From positions 1 to 64,000 of IMG/VR virus record IMGVR_UViG_3300046321_000098: a stretch of DNA of 64,000 nt; one strand, written 5' to 3'. Made by a program: the position numbers and the translations under genes. This document shows positions 47,541 through 57,409 of the stretch, one piece after another; the stretch's first letter is position 1; each line of letters opens with the position of its first letter. The stretch is from a virus. The notes below the pieces were generated by a model, which had not been told where the DNA came from, did not search any database, and saw only the letters and a program-made list of their open reading frames with translations.

Positions 47541-49240
47541 CAGATAACTTATATCGCCGTTTAAGCGAAGAACGAAAGACACTCCAAGGACAGGATTTAA
47601 TTCCAGAATGGTATACAACTGCAGGTTGGCAGCTATTTAAAGAGAAGTACCTCTACGAAACTGACCGAGCGGTACGAGGACAATTTGAACGAATTGCAAC
47701 CACTGCTGCAAAACACTTAAAAGGGACTAAGTTTGAATCTCAAGCTGAATCCAAGTTCTTCGAGTTATTTTGGAAGGGTTGGTTGTCACCATCCACGCCT
47801 GTGCTTGCTAACATGGGTACAACTAGAGGTTTACCAGTGTCGTGTTCTGGTACGTTCGTAGATGACAGCATTGACGGTTTCTACAGCAACCGCCGTGAAG
47901 TAGCTATCCTAACCAAGCACGGTTTTGGTACAGCAAGCTACTTAGGTGCAATTCGACCTCGTGGTGCTGTAATTAGTAAAGGCGGTAAAGCATCTGGTGT
48001 ACTACCTGTATTAAAAGGTCACATCCAAGACATGAGAGATGTAGCACAAGGTACGGCGCGGCGTGGTGCTTGGGCAGGTTATATTGAAATTGACCATGAC
48101 GCATTTGACGAGATTGCAGATTTTGTAGAGGCAGAACCAGATGATGCGAACATTGGTTGGATCATTAAAGATTCTTTTGTAGCTAAATTAGATGCAGGTG
48201 ATAACGAGTCCACACGAAGATTTCAGAAAGCTTTGAAGTTGAAAATGCTGACAGGTAAAGGTTATTTTATGTTCATGGACAAGATTAATCGCAAGCGTCC
48301 TGAAAGTTATTTGAAAAATAACCTTGAGGTTGTCACGAGTCAACTTTGCAGCGAGATCACACTTTTTTGTGATAAAGAGCATACATTTACTTGTGTCTTA
48401 TCCTCAATGAACGTATCAAAATATGACGAGTGGAAAGACACGGATGCTGTACAGTGGGCAACTATTTTCTTAGACTGTGTTGCTTCTGAGTTTATCGAAC
48501 AAGCGAAGGACATTTCAGGCTTAGAGAAAGCAGTCTTGTACACTGTAAAAGGAAGAAGTTTAGGGTTAGGGCAATGTGGTTTTCACACTTACCTTCAGGA
48601 GAAGATGATTCCTTTTGAAGCCTTTGAAGCCCACATGATTAATTTAGATGTTGCAGCACACATTGATAAGGAATCCTTGGTTGCGTCGAAATTACTAGCA
48701 ACTGAGCTTGGTGAACCAGAGTGGTGTAAAGGGTTAGGTATCAGGAATACTCACCGTATCGCTGTTGCTCCGACAAAATCCACAGCTTTAATTATGGGGG
48801 GTGTATCTGAGGGAATCAGTCCAGACCCTGCAATGAGTTTTACACAGCTTACTGCAGCGGGTGAAGTTGATAGATTGAACCCTGTACTCCTTAACTTAAT
48901 GAAAAGTAAAGGTATTTATAGTGTTCACAAGGTTAAAGAAATCACAGACAAACAAGGAAGTGTACAACATGTGGATTGGTTGACTCAAGAAGAGAAGGAT
49001 GTATTTAAAACAGCTTTTGAAATCAACATGAAATCAGTGCTGCGTTTAGCTGCAACAAGGGGTCGTTATGTTGATCAGTGGCAGTCTCTAAACCTGTTTT
49101 TCTCAGCAGAAGCTGCGCCTGAGTGGATAGCTGAAGTGCATCAAGAGGCGTTTACTAATCAAGATATTCTTGGGTTGTACTATATTTATACTCAAGCAGG
49201 CGTTCAATCGGCTGACGGTGAATGTATTGCTTGTCAATAA
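47537..49240 (+). CDS. nrdA: Ribonucleotide reductase class I alpha subunit (no ATP cone)
   Basis: PVSC, QG..RRG, QLCSE, APT.S, LYY, C-terminal CIAC. Confidence 0.95.
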   Translation: MTDNLYRRLSEERKTLQGQDLIPEWYTTAGWQLFKEKYLYETDRAVRGQFERIATTAAKHLKGTKFESQAESKFFELFWKGWLSPSTPVLANMGTTRGLPVSCSGTFVDDSIDGFYSNRREVAILTKHGFGTASYLGAIRPRGAVISKGGKASGVLPVLKGHIQDMRDVAQGTARRGAWAGYIEIDHDAFDEIADFVEAEPDDANIGWIIKDSFVAKLDAGDNESTRRFQKALKLKMLTGKGYFMFMDKINRKRPESYLKNNLEVVTSQLCSEITLFCDKEHTFTCVLSSMNVSKYDEWKDTDAVQWATIFLDCVASEFIEQAKDISGLEKAVLYTVKGRSLGLGQCGFHTYLQEKMIPFEAFEAHMINLDVAAHIDKESLVASKLLATELGEPEWCKGLGIRNTHRIAVAPTKSTALIMGGVSEGISPDPAMSFTQLTAAGEVDRLNPVLLNLMKSKGIYSVHKVKEITDKQGSVQHVDWLTQEEKDVFKTAFEINMKSVLRLAATRGRYVDQWQSLNLFFSAEAAPEWIAEVHQEAFTNQDILGLYYIYTQAGVQSADGECIACQ

Positions 49241-49259
49241 CAAACAAAGGAGAAACAAA

Positions 49260-49514
49260 ATGAAAGACAAAATCGTAACCATCTTCCGCACGAAACAGTG
49301 CAAGAACGGTAAAGCGCTAACAGAAGCAGTACGATTACTGCCTGTTGATCAAGAGTCAGTCCAAGTGGTGTACGTCAACGAGGAACCAGCTATAGCAACG
49401 TTTTTCAGAATTATCGAATCACCTACCGTCCTGATGTTCGAAGATGGCGAGGAAACTGTCCGACACGAAGGTGCAGTACCTCCTGAAATCATTCTTGCTT
49501 TCCTAAACAGCTAA
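49260..49514 (+). CDS. Thioredoxin-like protein (CxxG)
   Basis: After nrdA; PT.LMFEDGEE..R..G; active site CKNG. Confidence 0.75.
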   Translation: MKDKIVTIFRTKQCKNGKALTEAVRLLPVDQESVQVVYVNEEPAIATFFRIIESPTVLMFEDGEETVRHEGAVPPEIILAFLNS

Positions 49515-49520
49515 CCAAAC

Positions 49521-49556
49521 GAAAACCTCCTTGTTTAACCACTCGGGGGTTTTCTC
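49521..49556 (+). terminator. Probable intrinsic terminator
   Basis: GAAAACCTCC...GGGGGTTTTC. Confidence 0.55.
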
Positions 49557-49598
49557 TCGCCTTTACAAACTGTTACAAAAATATTTCTTATAAATCTG

Positions 49599-49626
49599 TT
49601 GACACAGTAATCAACTCTGCTACAAT
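49599..49626 (+). promoter_or_regulatory. Sigma70-like promoter
   Basis: TTGACA-16nt-TACAAT, extended TG; TTTACA-N4-GTTACA upstream at 49562. Confidence 0.75.
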
Positions 49627-49657
49627 CCAAACATCATCAACAACAAAGGAGTAAACC

Positions 49658-50020
49658 ATGCTATACATCACACCATCACAACGAGCACAAATCAAGCAAC
49701 GAGCAGTTCAAATTCGCCAGACTGTAGGTCAAGGAAAGCAAGACAACGCCGCTGCGAAACTAAAAGTAAAGAAAGAATTAACACAAGGGGAAACACAGCA
49801 ACTGTTGCACATTCTCCACGGAGAATTAGAGTGTACAACGTCTAATAAAGAACGTGAAAACGAAACGGCAAGTGAAATGTGGATAGGTGCAAACAAAGAC
49901 GACGAGGAAGGTCAAAACTACTTCGAGGAGTTTTCGTTCTACAATTCTCTTGCTAAGAAAAGTAAACAAAAAGAGAAAACCCTTGTCAACCTTATCACCA
50001 AGCTCAAAGGAATGCGCTAG
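49658..50020 (+). CDS. Hypothetical protein
   Basis: AAGGAG RBS after promoter. Confidence 0.65.
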   Translation: MLYITPSQRAQIKQRAVQIRQTVGQGKQDNAAAKLKVKKELTQGETQQLLHILHGELECTTSNKERENETASEMWIGANKDDEEGQNYFEEFSFYNSLAKKSKQKEKTLVNLITKLKGMR

Positions 50021-50495
50021 TGAAAGCAGTAGATTTAACTAACCTACACAATTGGCAACGAGTCAAGACATTGACCAATGCTTTACACATGGAAAAAGAT
50101 TATGACTGTGAACTGTCACCTTACGCTAAAGTCCTCCTTGCGAACTTGACTAAATTAACAATAGAAGCACTAGAATACGCGAAAGGGAATGAATATGATA
50201 ACTAAGGATTATGTAGAAGCACACCCTGAACTGTGGCAAGATATTCTAGTACCTCATGTTGTTCACGGCTGGATGTGGGATTTTGCTAAGACAGCGGAGC
50301 ATCTAGGTTATAAATTCTTCCTGTGGAACGATGTTGTGTACCTTTCGACAACAGGACGCATGGCAACACTGGGAGAGGTACAACCCCTAACGTTTACAAC
50401 ACCTAGTTACCACCGTATCAAGATTGTTACATCAACGAAAGCGGGTATAGGTATGGTGTTAAAAGACACATTTCTAAAGAATTGCCACAATTAAA

Positions 50496-50924
50496 ATGAA
50501 GCAAAAGTACAAAACCGCGTACTTAGACATGGCTGAGCGATTCGGTCAGACATCAGAAGCTACACGCCTTAAAGTTGGTGCTCTGATTATCAGGGACGAT
50601 ACCATCATCGCTCAGGGTGTAAATGGAACTCCAAGGGGTTGGTTGACAAATTTGTGCGAGGACGCAGACAGTAGTACCAACAGTGTAGTACGACACGCTG
50701 AAGTAAACGCTTTAAACAAGCTCAGACGCTCTAACAGCTCATCAAATGGTGCTACTATGTTCTGCAGTCACGCTTGCTGCTTACCGTGTGCTATAGAGCT
50801 TGTGGATGCTGGTATCAAGGAATTCTATTTCAAGCACGAATACAGGGACATGAGTGGATTGGATTATTTAGAGTCTAAAGGTGTCAAAGTTGAATGGCTA
50901 GACCAAGAGTGTAAATCTTTGTAA
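50496..50924 (+). CDS. dCMP deaminase
   Basis: KVGA, NG.P.G, HAE.NA, CxxC. Confidence 0.92.
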   Translation: MKQKYKTAYLDMAERFGQTSEATRLKVGALIIRDDTIIAQGVNGTPRGWLTNLCEDADSSTNSVVRHAEVNALNKLRRSNSSSNGATMFCSHACCLPCAIELVDAGIKEFYFKHEYRDMSGLDYLESKGVKVEWLDQECKSL

Positions 50925-50985
50925 AATCGGCACAACCTTTGGATTTCTGTGTATAATCTACGTATCTAAACAAAAGGGAACGAAC

Positions 50986-51507
50986 TTGTTAGTATCTATC
51001 ACGGATCAAAGACTTATTCAAGAAACTATTCAATCTTGTCTTAATAAGATTCTGGGTGAAACTATAGCGAATTACTTCAAGATTGTTGTAGAATTTAAAA
51101 ATAAACTAGGAACTGTGGCTGGACTAGCTTACCGAGCAGAGCAAAGGATTGTACTAAACGAAGCGTTGTTCCTGAACAACAAAGAGCACTTTTTCAGTGA
51201 TATAATTCCACATGAAGTTGCTCACATCTTGCAGTACGTTCTTTACCCAGATGAGCGACTACATCACGGTAAAAAGTGGAGATTAATTATGCAACAATTT
51301 GGATTACAACCTAATGCCTATCACGACTTAGATGTGTCAAAAGTGGATAATAAGGTACATCGCTACACCTGTAACTGTGAAGGTGGTTACAAGTATCATC
51401 AAATACTTGATAATGAACATAGAAAGTTACAAAGTGGTCAAGCAAGAAAGTGTGGAACTTGCGAGACTAGGATTATTCATTTTCCACGAGGAGATTCAGT
51501 ATGGTAG
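50986..51507 (+). CDS. SprT-like zinc metalloprotease
   Basis: PHEVAH, HGKKW...M, Y.C.C. Confidence 0.88.
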   Translation: MLVSITDQRLIQETIQSCLNKILGETIANYFKIVVEFKNKLGTVAGLAYRAEQRIVLNEALFLNNKEHFFSDIIPHEVAHILQYVLYPDERLHHGKKWRLIMQQFGLQPNAYHDLDVSKVDNKVHRYTCNCEGGYKYHQILDNEHRKLQSGQARKCGTCETRIIHFPRGDSVW

Positions 51508-51887
51508 GTGATAAATTAGAAATTAAAGAATTTGACGGTGAAAGACTTCAAGCTGTTGGATCAGACGGCTCGTGTATTGGTTGTGAATATGAAGAAGGCT
51601 GGAATTGCGTCGATATTTTGAAGACTCACCCATGCTCCTCTACAAAACGCTATGACGGGAAGGAAGTTATATGGTTGAAAATTCAACACGGTAAAGACCC
51701 TAGACTAACTTCAGTTAAAGAAGTAAAAGACAAGGTTAAGGCTCTACAACAAACAATCCAAGAGCTTATAAGCACTTTTGAAGGTGAGACAGCTACAAGG
51801 GTAAGTGCTGTTGATTTCACGGCTTGTCAAGAGACAAGTGGTGCTCATTGTACCTACGACGTAGCAATTACAGTTACCTTGAATTAA
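51501..51887 (+). CDS. Hypothetical Cys-rich protein
   Basis: CIGC...C...C...R.DG..VIW. Confidence 0.6.
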   Translation: MVGDKLEIKEFDGERLQAVGSDGSCIGCEYEEGWNCVDILKTHPCSSTKRYDGKEVIWLKIQHGKDPRLTSVKEVKDKVKALQQTIQELISTFEGETATRVSAVDFTACQETSGAHCTYDVAITVTLN

Positions 51888-51896
51888 AGGAAATAC

Positions 51897-52061
51897 ATGA
51901 TTAAGTACTTTAGCAAAAACACACAAGGCAAGGATTACTTTACTGGGGACACACCCTTACAGAAACCTACTAAACTTGGGAATGTGTATTACATTGATAT
52001 AGGGGCATGTTTTGGTAAGGATTTGACGCTTCTGAGCACAGAAGAATTAATAAGGATTTGA
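51897..52061 (+). pseudogene. Ser/Thr phosphatase (lambda NinI/PphA-like) remnant with internal deletion
   Basis: 54 aa: NTQGKDYFTGD joined to TPLQKP..LGNVYYIDIGACFG..LTL. Confidence 0.7.
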
Positions 52062-52140
52062 ACTTTACAAAGAGTTACAAAATTCAGTGAAAACAGGTAG
52101 AGATTTAATATAGAATACATCTATTGAAACAAAGGAGTAA

Positions 52141-53262
52141 ATGATGAAAACAGTACCAAAGATTACACGCGAAATATGGAACACTGCAAGCTGCACAATA
52201 GGATGTGCTGGAGGTGCATGGGAAATCTGCAACAAAGCCATTGAAATAGCCCTAGCAGAGCAGCAAGAGCAAAATCTAAAGAATGAGATTGAAGGGATGA
52301 GTACACCGGCTCTGAAAGCATACCTAAATTTATTGACTGAAAAACAAGAGCAATACATCACAGCAGCACAGGCGCGACGGCTAGGTTTTGGAAAAGTTTT
52401 AGTGAGACAAAAAGGTGAAAAATACTGGCAAGGTGTTACAGATGGTTTTTATTACTCGCCACAATTTGAATACCGCGCCATCAAGCAAGCACAGCCCGAG
52501 CCAGTTCAACCAGCCGTCGATGTAGACAAGGTACATCCGGAATGGGAGTTTGGGTCAGCACCGTTCAAGGATTGGTGCGGAAAATGGTTCGGCTCAGATT
52601 CCGATGAAACGTATCTGGCTAAAGCTGTCTTGTCTCTACCCATCAAAGCACAACCTGAGCCAACCGACAAACATACCGACGTTCGCGCTGAGTATGCCAA
52701 GCAAGTCAGAGACGATACTAGACATTTTTATTTGTGGAAACATAAAGCACCCTTACTGCCGCTCATTAATTGCTACGGCGCTCCTGAATTTCACCCTGAA
52801 TACGAATACCGCTGCACAGACATAAGCTGCTACGTTTCAAAAGACGGTGAGTCTGCTATCAGGATGTTGCGGACTGAGGCGCAGGAGTTGCAAGCCAAGA
52901 CTAGAGATGAGTGCGACTGGTTTACTCCGTTCAGCAGTCAACTTGACGTCGATGATGACTTTTTTAGCTTTGGCAGTAAAGGCACTTACACCTACCGCAC
53001 CAAAGCCACCATCAAACTAGACGGGCGCAGGGTCACACCTGAGCAGGCAGCGGCTGAGTGGGATGCTAAGAAAGAGACGCATGTAATGTGGTTTAAGTTT
53101 GCCAACATTGATTGGACAGACGTTATCGTATACCCCGAGGATTATGTTGAATACTTCGCTAATACTGCTAACTGCGAATACGAACTCCGCCCCAAGCAAC
53201 CAACATGGACAGGTAGCCGTGAAGATGTGATTGCTTTGCTTAAAGAAGTGGGGGTGCTATGA
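52141..53262 (+). CDS. Mosaic hypothetical protein
   Basis: 373 aa, AAGGAG RBS, repeated AQPEP linker. Confidence 0.7.
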   Translation: MMKTVPKITREIWNTASCTIGCAGGAWEICNKAIEIALAEQQEQNLKNEIEGMSTPALKAYLNLLTEKQEQYITAAQARRLGFGKVLVRQKGEKYWQGVTDGFYYSPQFEYRAIKQAQPEPVQPAVDVDKVHPEWEFGSAPFKDWCGKWFGSDSDETYLAKAVLSLPIKAQPEPTDKHTDVRAEYAKQVRDDTRHFYLWKHKAPLLPLINCYGAPEFHPEYEYRCTDISCYVSKDGESAIRMLRTEAQELQAKTRDECDWFTPFSSQLDVDDDFFSFGSKGTYTYRTKATIKLDGRRVTPEQAAAEWDAKKETHVMWFKFANIDWTDVIVYPEDYVEYFANTANCEYELRPKQPTWTGSREDVIALLKEVGVL

Positions 53263-53878
53263 ACGAACAACGCGCTTTTACTGTAGTGACAGTGATTCGG
53301 GGCTGTAAAACACCATGCCCGCATTACGATGGCGACGATATGTGTGATAGAGAATTTATTCGACCTGAGAACTTTAGACGCGCTATGAAGTTGTTCGTAG
53401 AAAACCAGCACACCCTTACCCCCACCTGCCCGATGTGGAATGAAGCTAAACCTATTGGAGAATTGAAATGAAATCTCAAGTAAAAATATGTAAAGTTTGG
53501 CACTTAGTAATGCCCAATGGAGCAATGCGATTGTTCTCTGGCGTTAAAAAATACAAGCACATGAACTTGAAAAAGATTTGCATCATGAAGATGAACTTAG
53601 AGGCGAGAAAATGACTCCATCACCAGAACAAATAGCAGAGTTAAATTGGGACGCAGCTAATACGTTAGTAGCGCAAGCCACCGAGATAGCCGAGCTAAAA
53701 GCAAAGCTAGCAGAGCTTATGCCGCTTGCGAAGTTTGGGGCGATGGTTATGTGTGATTTTTCGGCTTTGACCGTCACAAAAATAAACAATCATGCACTAT
53801 CGCAAGACCTTATCGGCAACGGCAGCGAAGTTAAACCAAGCATCGAAGCCACTATTGCCAAAATATTGAAGGACTAAC

Positions 53879-54382
53879 ATGCAGTACATAATCACAGCCC
53901 AAAGAATTGCAGAAATTATTGCTTATGCAAAAATCTACGATGGTGAAAAAATATCAACTTTGCTTCAATCCCTCCCAGTCTTAGAGGGTGAGCCAGTGGG
54001 GATAGTGGTTTACAAGCCAAAAATGCTCAGGGTTGGCGCGTTAAATCAAGTAGGCTTGGCGTTGCCAGACCGTACAAAGCTCTATACCCACTCCGCACCA
54101 TTCACACCCAAATCCATTGTAGAAAAGTGCGCCCAAATCTGTGAGAGCAGGTTTAGATCACTTATGTCCGACAACAATATTACCGCAGGAAATGAGGCTA
54201 AGAAGTGTGCAAGTGCCGTACGTCATCACGGGTTAACTTATCCCATCACACCTATTACAGCGGATATGGTTACGGATGAGATGGTTGCAGCTTACGGCGC
54301 GAATTTTAATAGCTGGGACACGCCAACGTATTCGGAACAAATAGAGGCCGCTGTCAACGCATACATAGGATCAAAGAAATGA
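53879..54382 (+). CDS. Hypothetical protein (EPV...KLYT module)
   Basis: AAGGA RBS; modules common in phage early genes. Confidence 0.6.
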   Translation: MQYIITAQRIAEIIAYAKIYDGEKISTLLQSLPVLEGEPVGIVVYKPKMLRVGALNQVGLALPDRTKLYTHSAPFTPKSIVEKCAQICESRFRSLMSDNNITAGNEAKKCASAVRHHGLTYPITPITADMVTDEMVAAYGANFNSWDTPTYSEQIEAAVNAYIGSKK

Positions 54383-54606
54383 AAATAAAAACACTTTACA
54401 CCGCAATAAATCATGTGGTCGCATCAATCGGCATGAACGGTGCAATTGACAGCAGAAGCGAGTTAATAGAGGAGCTAAAAGACGCACTGTTTGCCATTGA
54501 CGGTGGCGTTTACAAGCCCGAATTATTCGATGAAACACAATCAAAATTCACCCAGCTACAAGCCGAAGTGGAAGCGCTACAGGAGATATTAAATTATGCC
54601 AAGTAA
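54379..54606 (+). CDS. 5' half of a gene interrupted by an HNH cassette
   Basis: Coiled coil LQAEVEAL breaks at 54580. Confidence 0.6.
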   Translation: MKIKTLYTAINHVVASIGMNGAIDSRSELIEELKDALFAIDGGVYKPELFDETQSKFTQLQAEVEALQEILNYAK

Positions 54607-55489
54607 AAAGGAGTTAGCTCTCACAAGAGAGCAAGTGTTAGGTATTCTTGAACTGAGGTTTCCTGAGTACGAGTTTTACTGGAAAGTAGCTATAGCTCGC
54701 AACGTCAAAGCTGGAAGCAAAGCTGGGCGATTGAACAAAGATGGATACACTGTAATCACTATAGATGGGAGCAAATTCAAGGCTCACCGTTTAGTCTGGT
54801 TTGTTACTTACGGGGAATTTCCTGATAATCAAATTGACCACCTTGACGGTAACCCCTCTAACAACAGGATTGAGAACCTTAGAGATGTTTCTAACAAAAC
54901 TAACGGGCAGAACCGCAAGAAGCGCAAACGACTTGATGAGGGTTTACCTACAGGAATCAAAGTCGGTAAGCGAAACAAGATTGGCGAAATTATTGGTTAT
55001 TACGCCTCTTGGTATGACATTAACGGCAAAAGGCAGGATATATATTTTGGGATTAAAAAGTGGTTAACTTTGGGGGCAGCGTTAGCTGCTTCTATAGCTA
55101 GACGCGAACTTGAAATGACTAATCTGCTTGACCTAGGCGCAGCATATACTGATAGACACGGGTGTGAAACTGCTAAGAACCACTGTAAGGATGCTGAGTG
55201 GCAACCTATTGAGACAGCGCCGAAGGACTACGTTACCGAGTTTGACGGATGGAATGGGGAGCGAGTTACAAATATCAGTTGGGAACATCCCGCTTATTCA
55301 CCCAAAGGACACTTTGCATGGTGCGTCAGTGAATATGTCGCCCATCACGGACACGACAATGTAGAAGTAAAAGGGTTAACCCACTGGATGCCTTTACCCA
55401 AGCCACCCGCTGCAATAGCTAAAGACACTCAGCTAACCGCACTTAGTGAAATGGTAAAACTTAGTCAGGAAATGGGGTTGTATAATTGA
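54596..55489 (+). CDS. HNH endonuclease fused to DUF551-like domain
   Basis: IDHLDGNPSNNRIENLR...YTDRHG then WQPIETAPKD...THWMPLPKPP. Confidence 0.85.
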   Translation: MPSKKELALTREQVLGILELRFPEYEFYWKVAIARNVKAGSKAGRLNKDGYTVITIDGSKFKAHRLVWFVTYGEFPDNQIDHLDGNPSNNRIENLRDVSNKTNGQNRKKRKRLDEGLPTGIKVGKRNKIGEIIGYYASWYDINGKRQDIYFGIKKWLTLGAALAASIARRELEMTNLLDLGAAYTDRHGCETAKNHCKDAEWQPIETAPKDYVTEFDGWNGERVTNISWEHPAYSPKGHFAWCVSEYVAHHGHDNVEVKGLTHWMPLPKPPAAIAKDTQLTALSEMVKLSQEMGLYN

Positions 55490-56016
55490 GCCTATGTTAC
55501 ACTTGTTTAAAACAGTTCAACGGATAGAAAATTCAAAGGTTCCCTACTCAAAATGGGGAAATAACACATATATCGACGATAATCATAGTAAATTTAATAT
55601 TAAAGTGGAGGTCTGATGCATAGCGAAATTAAAATTGAAGAATGGAAGTGCAGTGACGAGGTTGTTAGACTTTACGAAGTTGAACGTAACTCTGTTGTCT
55701 CTGTTGTCGGAGACAACAATTGGGTACTACTCTTTGATCACATTGATGGAGCATACAGTTACTGCTTGGATTTACTATCAGGTGACGTAGTTCACCTTGC
55801 TGCTTATACGGACGTTAATTTATGGAACAAGAAAAATGCTTGAGTCCTTTCATTTAACCCCCCTTGAACTTGCAGAGGTCAACGAGCTTTGTGACTTTTA
55901 TAGTGTGAACAACCTTTACGATTTAATTCATACTCAGCAAACACAGATTGAGAGACTTCAAGAAAAACTCAACGAGTATCAGGTTCGTTATTCATCTAAA
56001 GTTAGGTACGCCTAGG

Positions 56017-56427
56017 ATGAGCATAGAAAAGACTAAGCTTCGTCTCAAAGACTTGGTACGCTTGACGGCAGATGAGTGCGATTATCACATTTACGAAGTT
56101 GAAGATGTACTTTCTACGTTTATAAGCGTATTACGCCACGAGTTGTACAAAGGGAACAGTGTGCTTATTGAAAAATTATGCAAGTTGCAAATTTACAAGC
56201 CTAAACCAAGGCGGCTTTACAACTTCAAGACAAAACGCTTGAAACTGTCACCGTCTCACCCAAAGCTTAAAGTCACACCAACTATAGGCTTACTTGACTA
56301 TATACGTGAACAAGAGGGTACTGGACTTGAAGTTAAAAAAGACACAGCTAACAAACGTCTTCAACACCATCAACACACCGAACAAGGAAAATATTATGAG
56401 CAAAACAAACCGCAACCAGTTCAGTAA
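56017..56427 (+). CDS. HU/IHF-like DNA-binding protein
   Basis: EL.KG.SV.I..L..L....KPRR.YN..T....L. Confidence 0.65.
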   Translation: MSIEKTKLRLKDLVRLTADECDYHIYEVEDVLSTFISVLRHELYKGNSVLIEKLCKLQIYKPKPRRLYNFKTKRLKLSPSHPKLKVTPTIGLLDYIREQEGTGLEVKKDTANKRLQHHQHTEQGKYYEQNKPQPVQ

Positions 56428-56619
56428 GAAGAGTTCCCAGAACCAGTATGATACTCAAGAATGGGACGAGGAAAACTTGAATTATCTTGAAGACATTTCA
56501 TCTGAATTTGGAAATCTTCCTCAGCTTCAGAGGTGGTCAATGAGTAGTGATGGAGAAGAGTAACAATTTGTAACAGTGCTTGCTTGGTTAAATATTTGAT
56601 GTAGAATTGGTTCATAGAC

Positions 56620-56742
56620 GCAACAGTGGTGGAATTGGTAGACACAGGTGACTAGGGGGATTTATCTTAGAGTAAGGCGCTCAGAGCTTACCTACCCGAA
56701 ATCGCAGAGCAGGTGAAGGTTCAAATCCTTCCTGTTGCACCA
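56620..56742 (+). ncRNA. tRNA-like RNA with enlarged (50-nt) anticodon loop region
   Basis: Acceptor GCAACAG/CTGTTGC-A-CCA, Leu-type D arm GTGGAATTGGTAGACAC, T arm GAAGG-TTCAAAT-CCTTC. Confidence 0.8.
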
Positions 56743-56768
56743 AGTTAATTAAACAAAAGGAATAAACA

Positions 56769-57035
56769 ATGTTAACAATTCACAAATATGATTTATATAG
56801 ACACGTAGGACGTGTTGCAATGCCTGTTGGTGCTACGGTTCTCTGTATTCAATATTAAGACAACAAACCTTCTCTGTGGGCTAAAGTAGACACGGATAAA
56901 CCTCTAAGTCCCCGCCAGTTTGTCCGATACGGTACAGGTTGGGAAATTGAAAATGATGATTACTACGCCGATGTCTATATTTCTACAGTGCAAGACAAAG
57001 ATGGACTTGTGTGGCACTGGTTTGAGGTTGTTTAA
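56769..57035 (+). pseudogene. Conserved small phage protein with internal TAA
   Basis: IHKY...MPVGA.VL.IQY*D...LWA.VD...GTG...LVWH.FE; AAGGA RBS. Confidence 0.65.
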
Positions 57036-57036
57036 C

Positions 57037-57393
57037 ATGTTTAAACACTCCCTAAAAAGCAAGACTGCACCAGCATCTTACAACGAGTCCAAAGACTGTT
57101 CAGTACGTGCTGTAGCTAATGCAAGCGGTAAGTCCTACGAAGATGTGCGTATCATTATGAAGGCTCTAGGGCGCAAGGATGGGCAGTTCATGGACATGAG
57201 AATGTGTGCTGCTGGCTGCATGAAAGCTGGTGGTCAGTTGTTCATTACTGAGTCCTTGAATGATTACAGGTTGAAGCAAGGACGGTATGTTGTATTTGTA
57301 CCACAGCACTGCTATGCATTAGTTGATGGGGAAATTCATGATACAATCAAACCTAATTCAAGTGATAAACTGCTTGGTGTTTTTAAGTTTTAA
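57037..57393 (+). CDS. Hypothetical protein (DCSVRA...H...DG..HD family)
   Basis: Cys/His/Asp pattern; start reassigned. Confidence 0.65.
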   Translation: MFKHSLKSKTAPASYNESKDCSVRAVANASGKSYEDVRIIMKALGRKDGQFMDMRMCAAGCMKAGGQLFITESLNDYRLKQGRYVVFVPQHCYALVDGEIHDTIKPNSSDKLLGVFKF

Positions 57394-57409
57394 ATAAGGA
57401 GTTAGATTA

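Noticed and set aside
54581-55184. Group I intron carrying the HNH
   Set aside because: No non-coding space for a ribozyme core and no U|...G| splice boundaries at the restoring junction
56620-56742. tmRNA or ordinary tRNA-Leu
   Set aside because: Too short for tmRNA, no tag ORF or G3-U70 pair; anticodon loop is not 7 nt
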